A stretch of DNA of 64,000 bases from Bdellovibrionales bacterium (GTDB taxonomy: Bacteria; Bdellovibrionota; Bdellovibrionia; Bdellovibrionales; UBA1609). This document shows positions 45,522 through 54,244 of the stretch, piece by piece; positions within the stretch are counted from its first letter, which is position 1; every line of letters begins with the position of its first letter. The stretch lies in NCBI GenBank assembly GCA_023299885.1, contig JALZUS010000027.1:16021-80020 (forward strand), read 5' to 3'. The notes beneath the pieces were generated by a model. The model worked only from the letters and a program-made list of their open reading frames with translations. It was not told the DNA's origin and ran no database searches. A program made the translations under genes and the position numbers.

Positions 45522-47759
45522 CTATTTAATTTTCTTTTTAATATCTCTTCTTACAGCATCCAATAAGCCTTGACGTTTTTTATCACGATCAGCTTTTACT
45601 CTGTCTTGTAGTGCGGGGATATATGATTGTAGCTTTACAAGTTCAATTTTTAAAGAATTAGTGCCACCAGTGATACGAATCTCTTCTTGTAAGTCTTTAA
45701 TTTTGGCTAAAGACTTATTTAAAGTCTCTAAGTAAATAGAGTTATCAGTAAAATTAGAGCTAGTTTCAATAGCAAGGTCCATATTTCTGAAGTTTTCTAC
45801 TTTAGAAGTTTCTTCTTCTACAAAATTATTCCACTGCTTTGTTTCTTCAGCTGTTAGTTTTTTTGTTTCTGGATCTTGCCCTTGCCCATGGTGTCCGTGA
45901 TGACCATGGTGGTGTCCATGACTTTGTGCAGGCTCAGAAACAACAACTGTTTCTGTAACAACCTCTTGAACACATGGGATTGTATTTCCATGCTTATCAA
46001 TTGTAGGTTTGCAGATAGCTTTAGGTGGTGCTGGTACCATAGCAGCTGGCAGAGCTCTTTCAATAATAGCAGGAAGTGGCTTGTTGTTTAAGATACTTCT
46101 TACAGCTTCAGGGTTAGAGGTTGCTAAGTTTTTAGCTTTCTCTAAAACACTTGGGCCATGGTGACCGTGATGGCCATGATGCCCACCATTAGTTACTCTT
46201 TTTGTTACAGTTGTAGTTGTTGCGGGAACAACTCTTTCAACAGTTCTTGCTGGTTCTTTAATAACTCTAACTGTAGTCGTTTTAAACTCACAAGGTAGCT
46301 CGGCTGAATCTATGCAATTAGGGTCAACTTTAACTCTGGTAGTAATAGTTTCAAAAACAGCAGGGATTTGCACTGTCTCTATCTCTGCAGGGCTAGGTGT
46401 AACAATAATTCTTTCAGAGGCTACAGGTGTAGGTGCTGGTACGCCATGAGAAGGAGCATCTCCAAGCCATTTACTTTCAAAAGTAACACAGTAGTCTAAT
46501 TGACCACCAAATATGTCAGTTACAGGTTTATTTGTAGCCACTTCATAAGCTAAGCCATCTGTCTCGTTGACTCGGCAATCAGCAGGTTCATAAACGTCAG
46601 CCCAACCATGAGCTCTCGCCCAAGCAGTAATAGTATCATCAACCCAGCCATGCAGTTTCCAAAATAATGGGTTTACGTGGGCGGCAAATGAATCACCTAG
46701 GTAGTCATAGCTATTGTTTGTCCATTCGTAAGAGTCAGTAAAAACTTGTAAGGGGGTGTTGCCAGGCCTGAAGGCTGCTGAAAAACCACCATTTTCAGGG
46801 CGTCTATAATCTTTTTGGTTGGCCCACTGCATATGCATATAGTTATGAATAGTGTTTTCAACTTGGAAGCCCACGTCACTAAGTGTTCGGCCTTCATGAT
46901 TGCCCTGCCCAACGTAAAAGTTATTAAGCCAGCTTACATCTCTAAACTGAGCTTTGTATCTTCTAATATCTTGTGTAACACGGTCTTCTTGAGGTTGCTT
47001 TTGAACAAATTCACTTCTGATAGGTTGGCCCAGGTCATTTGTAACTTGTCTTATGTTTAAAATATTAAGAGATTCAAATCCCCATACTCTATCTGTAGGT
47101 TCAGGCACATCTTCCCAGCTTGATACACAAGGTAGGCCTTTATTAATAAGTTCTGTGTCTGTTGTTTTAATCATTTCACGATGCATACTTAAAAAGTCTT
47201 CACCGGCACCATTAAGTGTAGGGTTATATTCTGGTGCATTGCTATCAGCACCTGCAGGAGCTGCCATCATATTTGTAACTTCCCAGCTAGGGCTAAGGGC
47301 TCTGAAAAAGTTTTTTTGTTGCTCAGTGTAGACATGCCAAGCGTTTCTAGCAGCATGCCAAAATAAATGCCACATTCTATGCGAAGTATTTCCCATAACA
47401 TCTTGGTAGGCTAATTTTTGTTCGTTAAGCATTTTTTTATGTTCGTTTAATAAACGAGTGTCTTCTGTAAGGTCCCCAGTAAATTGAATCGTGTTTGCAG
47501 AAAACCCAAGCTGGTCTAATGGAATTTGGCCACTAACAGTTATGCCTGCTCTTCTGATTTCTTTTGAGTTTAAGGTGTTATTTAAAAAAAGTTGTTGTTG
47601 GTAAGAGTTCCTATTACTCACAATACATCTTTGTCTGTAGTAAGAGACATCTCTTTTATGATCAAAAGTCCTGAGGTCATCTAGTCTTGTCGACTGAGCT
47701 TGCGCCATCATTGGTAGAGTTAAAGCCAGTAGTACAGTTTTTTTGAGAATAGTCTTCAT
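45522..47759 (-). CDS. secreted tyrosinase-like (type-3 copper-like) domain protein with two (HHG)3 His-rich modules and a C-terminal coiled coil
   Basis: GGAGA SD followed by the ATG at 47759 gives MKTILKKTVLLALTLPMMAQAQS. NPLFWKLHGWVD fits the tyrosinase CuB-type pattern D-P-x-F-[LIVMFYW]-x2-H-x3-D except for D to N. IHNYMHMQW (H-x3-H) lies upstream of it. FLSMHREMIKTTD is a partial fit to the CuA pattern. GHHGHHGHHG occurs twice. The last 130 or so aa are heptad-like and K/E-rich. Confidence 0.5.
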   Translation of the reverse strand: MKTILKKTVLLALTLPMMAQAQSTRLDDLRTFDHKRDVSYYRQRCIVSNRNSYQQQLFLNNTLNSKEIRRAGITVSGQIPLDQLGFSANTIQFTGDLTEDTRLLNEHKKMLNEQKLAYQDVMGNTSHRMWHLFWHAARNAWHVYTEQQKNFFRALSPSWEVTNMMAAPAGADSNAPEYNPTLNGAGEDFLSMHREMIKTTDTELINKGLPCVSSWEDVPEPTDRVWGFESLNILNIRQVTNDLGQPIRSEFVQKQPQEDRVTQDIRRYKAQFRDVSWLNNFYVGQGNHEGRTLSDVGFQVENTIHNYMHMQWANQKDYRRPENGGFSAAFRPGNTPLQVFTDSYEWTNNSYDYLGDSFAAHVNPLFWKLHGWVDDTITAWARAHGWADVYEPADCRVNETDGLAYEVATNKPVTDIFGGQLDYCVTFESKWLGDAPSHGVPAPTPVASERIIVTPSPAEIETVQIPAVFETITTRVKVDPNCIDSAELPCEFKTTTVRVIKEPARTVERVVPATTTTVTKRVTNGGHHGHHGHHGPSVLEKAKNLATSNPEAVRSILNNKPLPAIIERALPAAMVPAPPKAICKPTIDKHGNTIPCVQEVVTETVVVSEPAQSHGHHHGHHGHHGQGQDPETKKLTAEETKQWNNFVEEETSKVENFRNMDLAIETSSNFTDNSIYLETLNKSLAKIKDLQEEIRITGGTNSLKIELVKLQSYIPALQDRVKADRDKKRQGLLDAVRRDIKKKIK
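45888..45923 (-). repeat. His-rich coding motif SHGHHHGHHGHH (copy 2 in the protein)
   Basis: The reverse complement of 45888-45923 translates to SHGHHHGHHGHH, followed by GQGQDPE. Confidence 0.9.
46155..46190 (-). repeat. His-rich coding motif NGGHHGHHGHHG (copy 1 in the protein)
   Basis: The reverse complement of 46155-46190 translates to NGGHHGHHGHHG. Confidence 0.9.
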
Positions 47760-48056
47760 CAAAGAGTCTCCATTATTTAGTGTGCCAAACTGAGGCAAAC
47801 TAGGGTTTTATATTGCTTGTATGCACTATATAAAGCACAGATCATGCCAGCAATTTTATGGCTCTAGGTGCATTTAAATAGAAGTGGGCTTTATCTACTG
47901 CCAAATATCAGTGAAGTAATAAAATTTTTAGGCAGCGTATTTACATTTTTACATAAAGCTGACATATCTCTAAGGTCTCTGATTTATTGCGAATTTCCGG
48001 ATTTACGGTACTAAAAAACGATAAGTCAGTAATGCTCATAAGCTTTGGAGTCCTTT

Positions 48057-50534
48057 GTGAAATTAACACCATTAATGAAACAGTACTGGGAGGTTAAAGA
48101 CCAGCACCAAGACAAAGTCTTATTGTTTCGCATGGGTGATTTTTACGAAATTTTTTATGAAGATGCAGAACTAGCTGCTCCTATTCTTAATATTACTCTG
48201 ACTCAAAGAAATAAAAAATCAAATGATAAAACACCTATGTGCGGCTTCCCTCATCATAGCGTAGCAACTCCAATCTCTAAACTTTTAGCAGAGGGCCATA
48301 AGGTGGCTATATGTGATCAAGTTGAAGATGCTAGCCAGGCAAAAGGTTTAGTGAAGCGTGCTGTTACTCGAGTACTAACTCCTGGGATGGTTTATGACCC
48401 AGAAACACTCAATGAGCTTGATAGTGTTTATTTATGTTCTTTTGATGATAAAAATATTGCCTTTTTAGAAACCTCAACTGGCGAGGCTTTTTATTATACT
48501 TGTGAGAAGACATCAGATTATAAAAAATTGATAGAGATGCTTAACCCTGTAGAGTTTGTTGTTACAAGCACTCAAAAAGTAAAAATGATGAACAAGGGGA
48601 GTTATAAGCAAAAAACTATAAGTGCTCACGATAGTTTATTAGGTGACTATGATGGTATTACTCCTGCAGCAAGGCTATTAAGTTATGCTACTCAGCTGCA
48701 AGGAGAGAGTATACTTAAAACAATATCTCCCTTTGAATCTAAAAAAACAAACAAGGCCATGCATTTAAACTCTAAAGCAATAGGCCATTTAGAAATTTTT
48801 AAAACCTATAAAGGTGATAAAAAAAATAGCTTTTATGAGACAATCAATAAGACGAAAACAGCTATGGGAGGTCGCCTTTTAAAACAATGGCTACAATTTC
48901 CCTTGGCACAAAAAGAGCTTATTATTGCTCGTCAAAAGAGGGTCTCTCTTTGGGCTGAAAACATTGGGCCTTTAAAAAGCTTGCGTGAAGAACTTAAGTT
49001 AGTCAGAGATTTAGAAAGACGCATAGGTAAAATATCAACGCCTAATTGTCAGCCTCGAGATATTAAAAGTTTAAGCCAGTCTTTAGAGTCTGCTCTTAAA
49101 TCAATACAGTTGGCAAAAAATGATGTTGTAGATGTAGACACAAGTGTTGCAGAAAAAATAGTTTCAAAATTTATAGATATATTTGAAGACGATCTGCCTG
49201 CAACAAAAAATAAAGGTAAATTTATAAGGCCAGGTTATCATCAGCAGCTTGATGAATTTATTAATTTGTCTGAAAAAAGCCAAGATATATTACTAGCCTT
49301 AGAAGCTAGCGAAAAAGAAAAGACGGGGATTTCTAATCTTAAAATTAGGTATAATAATGTGTTTGGTTATTATATTGAAGTTAGTAAAGCTCATACAAGT
49401 AAAGTGCCAGACCACTATAAACGTAAACAGACATTAACGAATGCCGAACGTTATGTGACTCAAGAACTTCAAGAAATTGAAGATAAGGTATTGTCGGCAA
49501 ACTCTAAGAGGGTTGAACTCGAGCTCCGCTTATTTAATGATATGGTGAGTGAGGTTTTAACTTGTACAGGCGACCTGTTACTACTGAGTAAAAAAATTGC
49601 AGAGCTTGATTGCCTTTCATCACTTGCTTGGCTTGCCATAGAAAAAAACTATAGGCCAGCAACAATTATTGATGAAGGCATTGTTTTAAAAGCCTCAAGG
49701 CACCCTGTTGTGGAAGCTGAGCTTAAGCATAAGTTTGTACCTAACGATATTACAATTAAATATGGAGAATGTGTTTTGCTTACAGGGCCAAACATGGCTG
49801 GTAAAAGTACAATTATGCGCCAGGTAGCGCTAGTAGTTTTATTAAATCAAATTGGTTCTTTTGTACCAGCTGATAAGGCAGAGCTTGCTATCTTTAATAA
49901 GATATATACTCGTATTGGTGCTAGTGACTCTTTGTCGGATGGTTTGTCTACTTTTATGGTTGAAATGACAGAAACATCAGAGCTACTGAAAGCTGCTGAC
50001 GATCGTACTTTAGTGGTTCTTGATGAGATAGGTAGAGGAACAAGTACTTATGATGGTCTTAGTTTAGCTCAAGCTATTTTGGAATTCATAGTTACTAAAT
50101 CTAAAGCAAGTACTTTATTTGCTACTCATTATCATGAGCTTGCAGAGCTAGAGTCTAAGTACTCAGGTATTAAAAATGCTCATATGAGTATTGCTGATGG
50201 CGGGAAAAAAGATATTCAGTTTTTGTATATGCTTGAAAATGGTCCAGCCAATAAATCTTACGGCATTCAAGTGGCTCAGCTTGCTGGGCTTCCAGTATCA
50301 GTAATTAAAAGGGCATCTGAACTTTTAAAAGTTTTTGAAGCATCGCAAGTCAGTTCAGGAGAATCATTTAATTTATTTTCGTATGATGAAGGCTTAGAAG
50401 TTGAAGATGAAGGCAGTGGAATTAGTGCTGAAGAGCAAAACTTACTAGATAGTGTAAAGAGCTGTGACTTGAATTCTCTAACTCCAATAGAGGCTCTTAA
50501 TATGATTTCAAGTTGGAAAGAGTTGATAAAGTAA
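48057..50534 (+). CDS. mutS: DNA mismatch repair protein MutS
   Basis: LTPLMKQYWEVK..LLFRMGDFYEIFYEDA (mismatch-binding domain), Walker A GPNMAGKST, DEIGRGTSTYDG, and ATHYHEL. The GTG at 48057 has a GGAG 6 nt upstream. The ORF opens at the TTG at 48045. Confidence 0.95.
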   Translation: MKLTPLMKQYWEVKDQHQDKVLLFRMGDFYEIFYEDAELAAPILNITLTQRNKKSNDKTPMCGFPHHSVATPISKLLAEGHKVAICDQVEDASQAKGLVKRAVTRVLTPGMVYDPETLNELDSVYLCSFDDKNIAFLETSTGEAFYYTCEKTSDYKKLIEMLNPVEFVVTSTQKVKMMNKGSYKQKTISAHDSLLGDYDGITPAARLLSYATQLQGESILKTISPFESKKTNKAMHLNSKAIGHLEIFKTYKGDKKNSFYETINKTKTAMGGRLLKQWLQFPLAQKELIIARQKRVSLWAENIGPLKSLREELKLVRDLERRIGKISTPNCQPRDIKSLSQSLESALKSIQLAKNDVVDVDTSVAEKIVSKFIDIFEDDLPATKNKGKFIRPGYHQQLDEFINLSEKSQDILLALEASEKEKTGISNLKIRYNNVFGYYIEVSKAHTSKVPDHYKRKQTLTNAERYVTQELQEIEDKVLSANSKRVELELRLFNDMVSEVLTCTGDLLLLSKKIAELDCLSSLAWLAIEKNYRPATIIDEGIVLKASRHPVVEAELKHKFVPNDITIKYGECVLLTGPNMAGKSTIMRQVALVVLLNQIGSFVPADKAELAIFNKIYTRIGASDSLSDGLSTFMVEMTETSELLKAADDRTLVVLDEIGRGTSTYDGLSLAQAILEFIVTKSKASTLFATHYHELAELESKYSGIKNAHMSIADGGKKDIQFLYMLENGPANKSYGIQVAQLAGLPVSVIKRASELLKVFEASQVSSGESFNLFSYDEGLEVEDEGSGISAEEQNLLDSVKSCDLNSLTPIEALNMISSWKELIK

Positions 50535-50690
50535 GCAGCTTGGTAGGCCTTTGAAACTTCTACACATGTGCTTCTGTAGCTCTATATGAAAATACTATAC
50601 CTTAGAGTAAATACTGTGAATTTAGCCCCTGAGTTCACTATGTTTGTAACGTGCTCAATGAAGTTCAATTAAAGTACAAGGGGAAGATTG

Positions 50691-53600
50691 ATGAAACAAA
50701 TATTATTAATAGCGATTACAGCGGGATTTTTGGCGAGTTGTTCAAATGGTGGCAGTTCAAAAACTCAATTAGTAGCAAAAGAATCAAGTAAAGCTGTTTC
50801 TAGTTCTGCGATAAAAAGCTTACAAAATGAAGTTAAAAAAGCTACTAAAAGTACAGAAATTATTTCGTTAAATCAGTATCCCGATTTAACAGTCATTTTA
50901 AACCCTCAAGCTGATGTTCAAAAATCAATTCGCAATATGCTTGCTGGTGGTGGCACGCTGGTTTATGACCCAAATAATGGCGAAGGCTCTGACATAGGGT
51001 TTTATATTGCTGATTTAACTCCTGACCAAATTAATGATGCAGACTTCTTATCAAAACTAAATTTAAAGTCAGCAATGTTAAATCGTAATTTTTCTTCAGG
51101 CTTGAAGTCTCCAGAAAACTCTAGATTAGATTTCCCAGAAGATTCTGCAAACTTTATCCCTGTTGAAAGCGTAGGTCTGTTTGATTTAGCACCACAGGAC
51201 AAGCAAGTTTCTTTAGGTGAAGACACAGTAGTTGCTGTTATTGATACTGGGATTGATGCTAGTCACCCAGCATTTAATGGCCGTGTGGACTATTGGTTTG
51301 ATGCTACAGAAGAAACAAAAACAAAATTATTAAAGTTAGTTGTAGGTGAAAATGCAATTGTTGATTTCAATTCGGCAAAGCTTCCTGAAGGTATAAAAAC
51401 AGAAGATATTAAAATTCCTGAAATAGAAAAAAAGGACTTAGCTACAGCTTCATTATATGTTGCCCTTATTTCAGAGTCTAACTTTTATGCTCAGTTGAGT
51501 GAAGCTGATAAAAGAGCAAAAGGCTATTTAGATATTAATTATAATGGCGAAAAAGATCAGTTTTTAGTTTTTGGCTTTAAAGATGATAAAGGCTTAAGGC
51601 TTTATGTTGATACTGATATGGATCTTGATTTTAACGACGAAGCCGTTGTTGTAGATTATAATACAACAACTCAAGAAACTCGTGACATGGGTATGGTTAA
51701 TTTTAGAAGTCGTACTAATATTAACAAGTACCCAATGCTTATAACAAAATCGGGTGAAGATACTTATATTAATTTAGGGGTTACTTCTGGGTCTCATGGT
51801 ACTCATGTGGCAGGCATTATCGCAGCCAATGACCCTAAGTCTAAACTGATTGGAGCAGCGCCTGCCGCACGTTTAATGTCATTTAAGGTATGTTCTGGTT
51901 TTAGTTGTACAGATGCAGCTATTATTAAGGCACTTCATAACGCGTTTTATAATGGGCAAATTATACCAGATGTTATTAATATCTCGTTAGGCTCTATGGA
52001 AGGCTACAGAAGAGCTGTTTACACTGACCTTATGAATGACCTTTCTTCAAAGTTTGGCACAGTTATATTTATTTCTGCCTCTAACAGTGGGCCAGGTTTT
52101 AGAAGCTTAAACTCATTAGGTAATAGCGGTGCTGTAGTTATGGTTGGGGCCAATGTTTCAAAAGAGACACTGGCTCAGCAGTATAATTTGCCAGATGGCG
52201 CAGAAGCTGCTGACCAAAACTTATTGTTTTTTAGCTCTTTAGGTCCCTCATACACGGGTGAAATGAAGCCTAATATTATTGCCCCAGGTGGAGCTGTTTC
52301 AGCGACTACTGCACAAGCCGATTACTCTATGCAGTTTAATGGGACCTCTATGTCGAGCCCTCTTGCTGCAGGTACAATGGCTGCCGTTATTGGTGAGGTT
52401 AAAAAAGAAAACGCTAATTTATTTAATACAGTAACAGAAATGAGAGCCTTAAATTTAGAGGGCACAACTAGAGCCACTAAAACACTGTATCCGCATTCTA
52501 TGGCTTTACGTGATTCTTTAATGCAATCTGCTGTTGAAGTTGCTGACCTGACTCGTGCTCAACAAGGTTATGGTTTAATACAGGCTGGTGGAGCTAAAAG
52601 TTTATTAACTGAGTACCTAACTGAAATTGAAGCCGGTAATAGAGATTACTTTGAAGTTGTTTTAAATAACTCTGGACGTGGATACGACAGAACGGGCTCT
52701 ATTAAAGAAGTGCAAACCTATGCGTTATCTGTTGGTAATGACGGTGAACGCTTAAAAGAAAGTAAAGCGAGTATCTCAGGTGTTAGTGTTTTCCTAGAAA
52801 GAGTTGAGATCATGAACTCTTTAGGTGAAGTTACTGTTGTTGAAGGCAGTGAAGCTTTAAAATACTTCTCAATTGTAGATGCCGGTGATGAAGATAACGA
52901 GCTCACTCAGACATACGTACGCTTTGTGAATAGAAGAACACCATCATTTGCATCAAAAAGAAATATTAAGGCTTATAAAAAAGGCCATGCCTATTTGGCG
53001 CACTACAAAGTTATGCATGAAAATGCAAATGTAACTAATATTTTAGATGTAGTTCATCAGCCCTATAATCTTAAAAAAGTAGACGGATTGAGTTTGCCTT
53101 ATCTAACCAAAGCAAAGTCTATCGACAAAGCTTTGGTTAAGAGAAATGTAAGTATCCCTGTAAATACTTTTCATAGGTATATGGTAAATGTAACAGACGA
53201 TATTAAAAATTTAAAAATTGATGTGGGTATACCAGGTAAAGCTACAGGCCGTCTTTATGTACAAGTTTATAACTCTGATGGTGTAGAAGCTTCTTTTCAG
53301 GTGGCTCAAAAATCAACATTACATGCCACTCGCATGGCTTCATTTACTGTCCCTACAAATAAAGCTTTTGGAGGCGCTACAAATACTGGATTATGGGAAA
53401 TCACAATTTCAACATCTTCTAGTGCATGGCTTGGCAAATCTAAATATGACCTCATTGTAAGTGCTTTAGATTTTGGTTTTAAACCTGGTATTGATGTTAA
53501 GATAAAGTCTGGATCCTCTAAAACGTTAGAGTACAAAACAAATGGTGTTTCATCAGACTTAAAGTTAGTGCCAAAGCGTGAGGTTGTTATTGAATCTGTT

Positions 53601-54176
53601 GAAGTGAAAAGTCAGCATATGTCTTTTCACCCATTGCCTCAGCCACAAGGTGAATCAAGCTTTAATGTAGAGATCGAGACGCAAACTTTACCTACATCTT
53701 CTTTTTGGGGGCGTGTTGACCATAGACTTTTTGAAAAGTCAGCTGCAGGAGATTTTGTTGAGTATGCGGGTGTTTACAATAATGCTGGCAGACGATTCTC
53801 AAGTATTGCTACAAGTGATAAAATAATTTATTTTGCTATAGACACAATTACAAATTATGACATTGAGGGCTCTCTTTCTAAAAGGGGTAATCCATCAATT
53901 GATGTAATGTTGGGTTATATGTTGTCGCAAAAGAAAATGAACGCAAGCGTAAGCTCTCAAAGGTTAGAAAAATCAAGATTAGCTACTATTAAATCCGCAA
54001 CAGATTATAAACCTACGAAGTTTTCTGTGGATAAAGAAGTTTACATAGAGCTTGATTTAGTTTTAGTAACAAATATTGGAGATACAATTACTGATGTTAA
54101 TGGTGATAGCGTAACTATTGCTGAGGGCGTAAGTAGTACTCAAAAGATTATGATGGGGCCTTACTCAGCAGAGTAG
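50691..54176 (+). CDS. S8 subtilisin-family serine peptidase lipoprotein, tripeptidyl-peptidase II-like architecture
   Basis: Lipobox FLASC at residues 14-18. Catalytic Asp in AVIDTGID (about residue 186), His in GSHGTHVAG (about 373), Asn in SASNSGP and Ser in NGTSMSSPLAAG (about 554). The insert of about 187 aa between Asp and His, plus a C-terminal extension of about 600 aa, mirrors TPPII. Confidence 0.8.
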   Translation: MKQILLIAITAGFLASCSNGGSSKTQLVAKESSKAVSSSAIKSLQNEVKKATKSTEIISLNQYPDLTVILNPQADVQKSIRNMLAGGGTLVYDPNNGEGSDIGFYIADLTPDQINDADFLSKLNLKSAMLNRNFSSGLKSPENSRLDFPEDSANFIPVESVGLFDLAPQDKQVSLGEDTVVAVIDTGIDASHPAFNGRVDYWFDATEETKTKLLKLVVGENAIVDFNSAKLPEGIKTEDIKIPEIEKKDLATASLYVALISESNFYAQLSEADKRAKGYLDINYNGEKDQFLVFGFKDDKGLRLYVDTDMDLDFNDEAVVVDYNTTTQETRDMGMVNFRSRTNINKYPMLITKSGEDTYINLGVTSGSHGTHVAGIIAANDPKSKLIGAAPAARLMSFKVCSGFSCTDAAIIKALHNAFYNGQIIPDVINISLGSMEGYRRAVYTDLMNDLSSKFGTVIFISASNSGPGFRSLNSLGNSGAVVMVGANVSKETLAQQYNLPDGAEAADQNLLFFSSLGPSYTGEMKPNIIAPGGAVSATTAQADYSMQFNGTSMSSPLAAGTMAAVIGEVKKENANLFNTVTEMRALNLEGTTRATKTLYPHSMALRDSLMQSAVEVADLTRAQQGYGLIQAGGAKSLLTEYLTEIEAGNRDYFEVVLNNSGRGYDRTGSIKEVQTYALSVGNDGERLKESKASISGVSVFLERVEIMNSLGEVTVVEGSEALKYFSIVDAGDEDNELTQTYVRFVNRRTPSFASKRNIKAYKKGHAYLAHYKVMHENANVTNILDVVHQPYNLKKVDGLSLPYLTKAKSIDKALVKRNVSIPVNTFHRYMVNVTDDIKNLKIDVGIPGKATGRLYVQVYNSDGVEASFQVAQKSTLHATRMASFTVPTNKAFGGATNTGLWEITISTSSSAWLGKSKYDLIVSALDFGFKPGIDVKIKSGSSKTLEYKTNGVSSDLKLVPKREVVIESVEVKSQHMSFHPLPQPQGESSFNVEIETQTLPTSSFWGRVDHRLFEKSAAGDFVEYAGVYNNAGRRFSSIATSDKIIYFAIDTITNYDIEGSLSKRGNPSIDVMLGYMLSQKKMNASVSSQRLEKSRLATIKSATDYKPTKFSVDKEVYIELDLVLVTNIGDTITDVNGDSVTIAEGVSSTQKIMMGPYSAE

Positions 54177-54194
54177 TTTCTTTAAGGCGACGGG

Positions 54195-54217
54195 CTTAAG
54201 GTGCTTAGCACCTTAAG
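54195..54217. terminator. perfect hairpin between the convergent S8 peptidase and trhO genes (possible terminator, no clear U-tract)
   Basis: CTTAAGGTG (54195-54203), loop CTTAG, CACCTTAAG (54209-54217). Confidence 0.4.
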
Positions 54218-54244
54218 CGTAGGTATTATCAAGCTTAGGTTTGG

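Noticed and set aside
45854-47331. Short ORFs on both strands within the tyrosinase-like gene (45854, 45876, 46697, 46815, 47053)
   Set aside because: They are alternative-frame or antisense fragments of a 745-aa ORF that has motif support. None has independent evidence.
50535-50690. Palindrome CACATGTG and weak hairpins downstream of mutS, considered as a terminator, operator or small RNA
   Set aside because: The stems are only 5 bp with no U-tract. An 8-bp palindrome alone is not significant in 64 kb.
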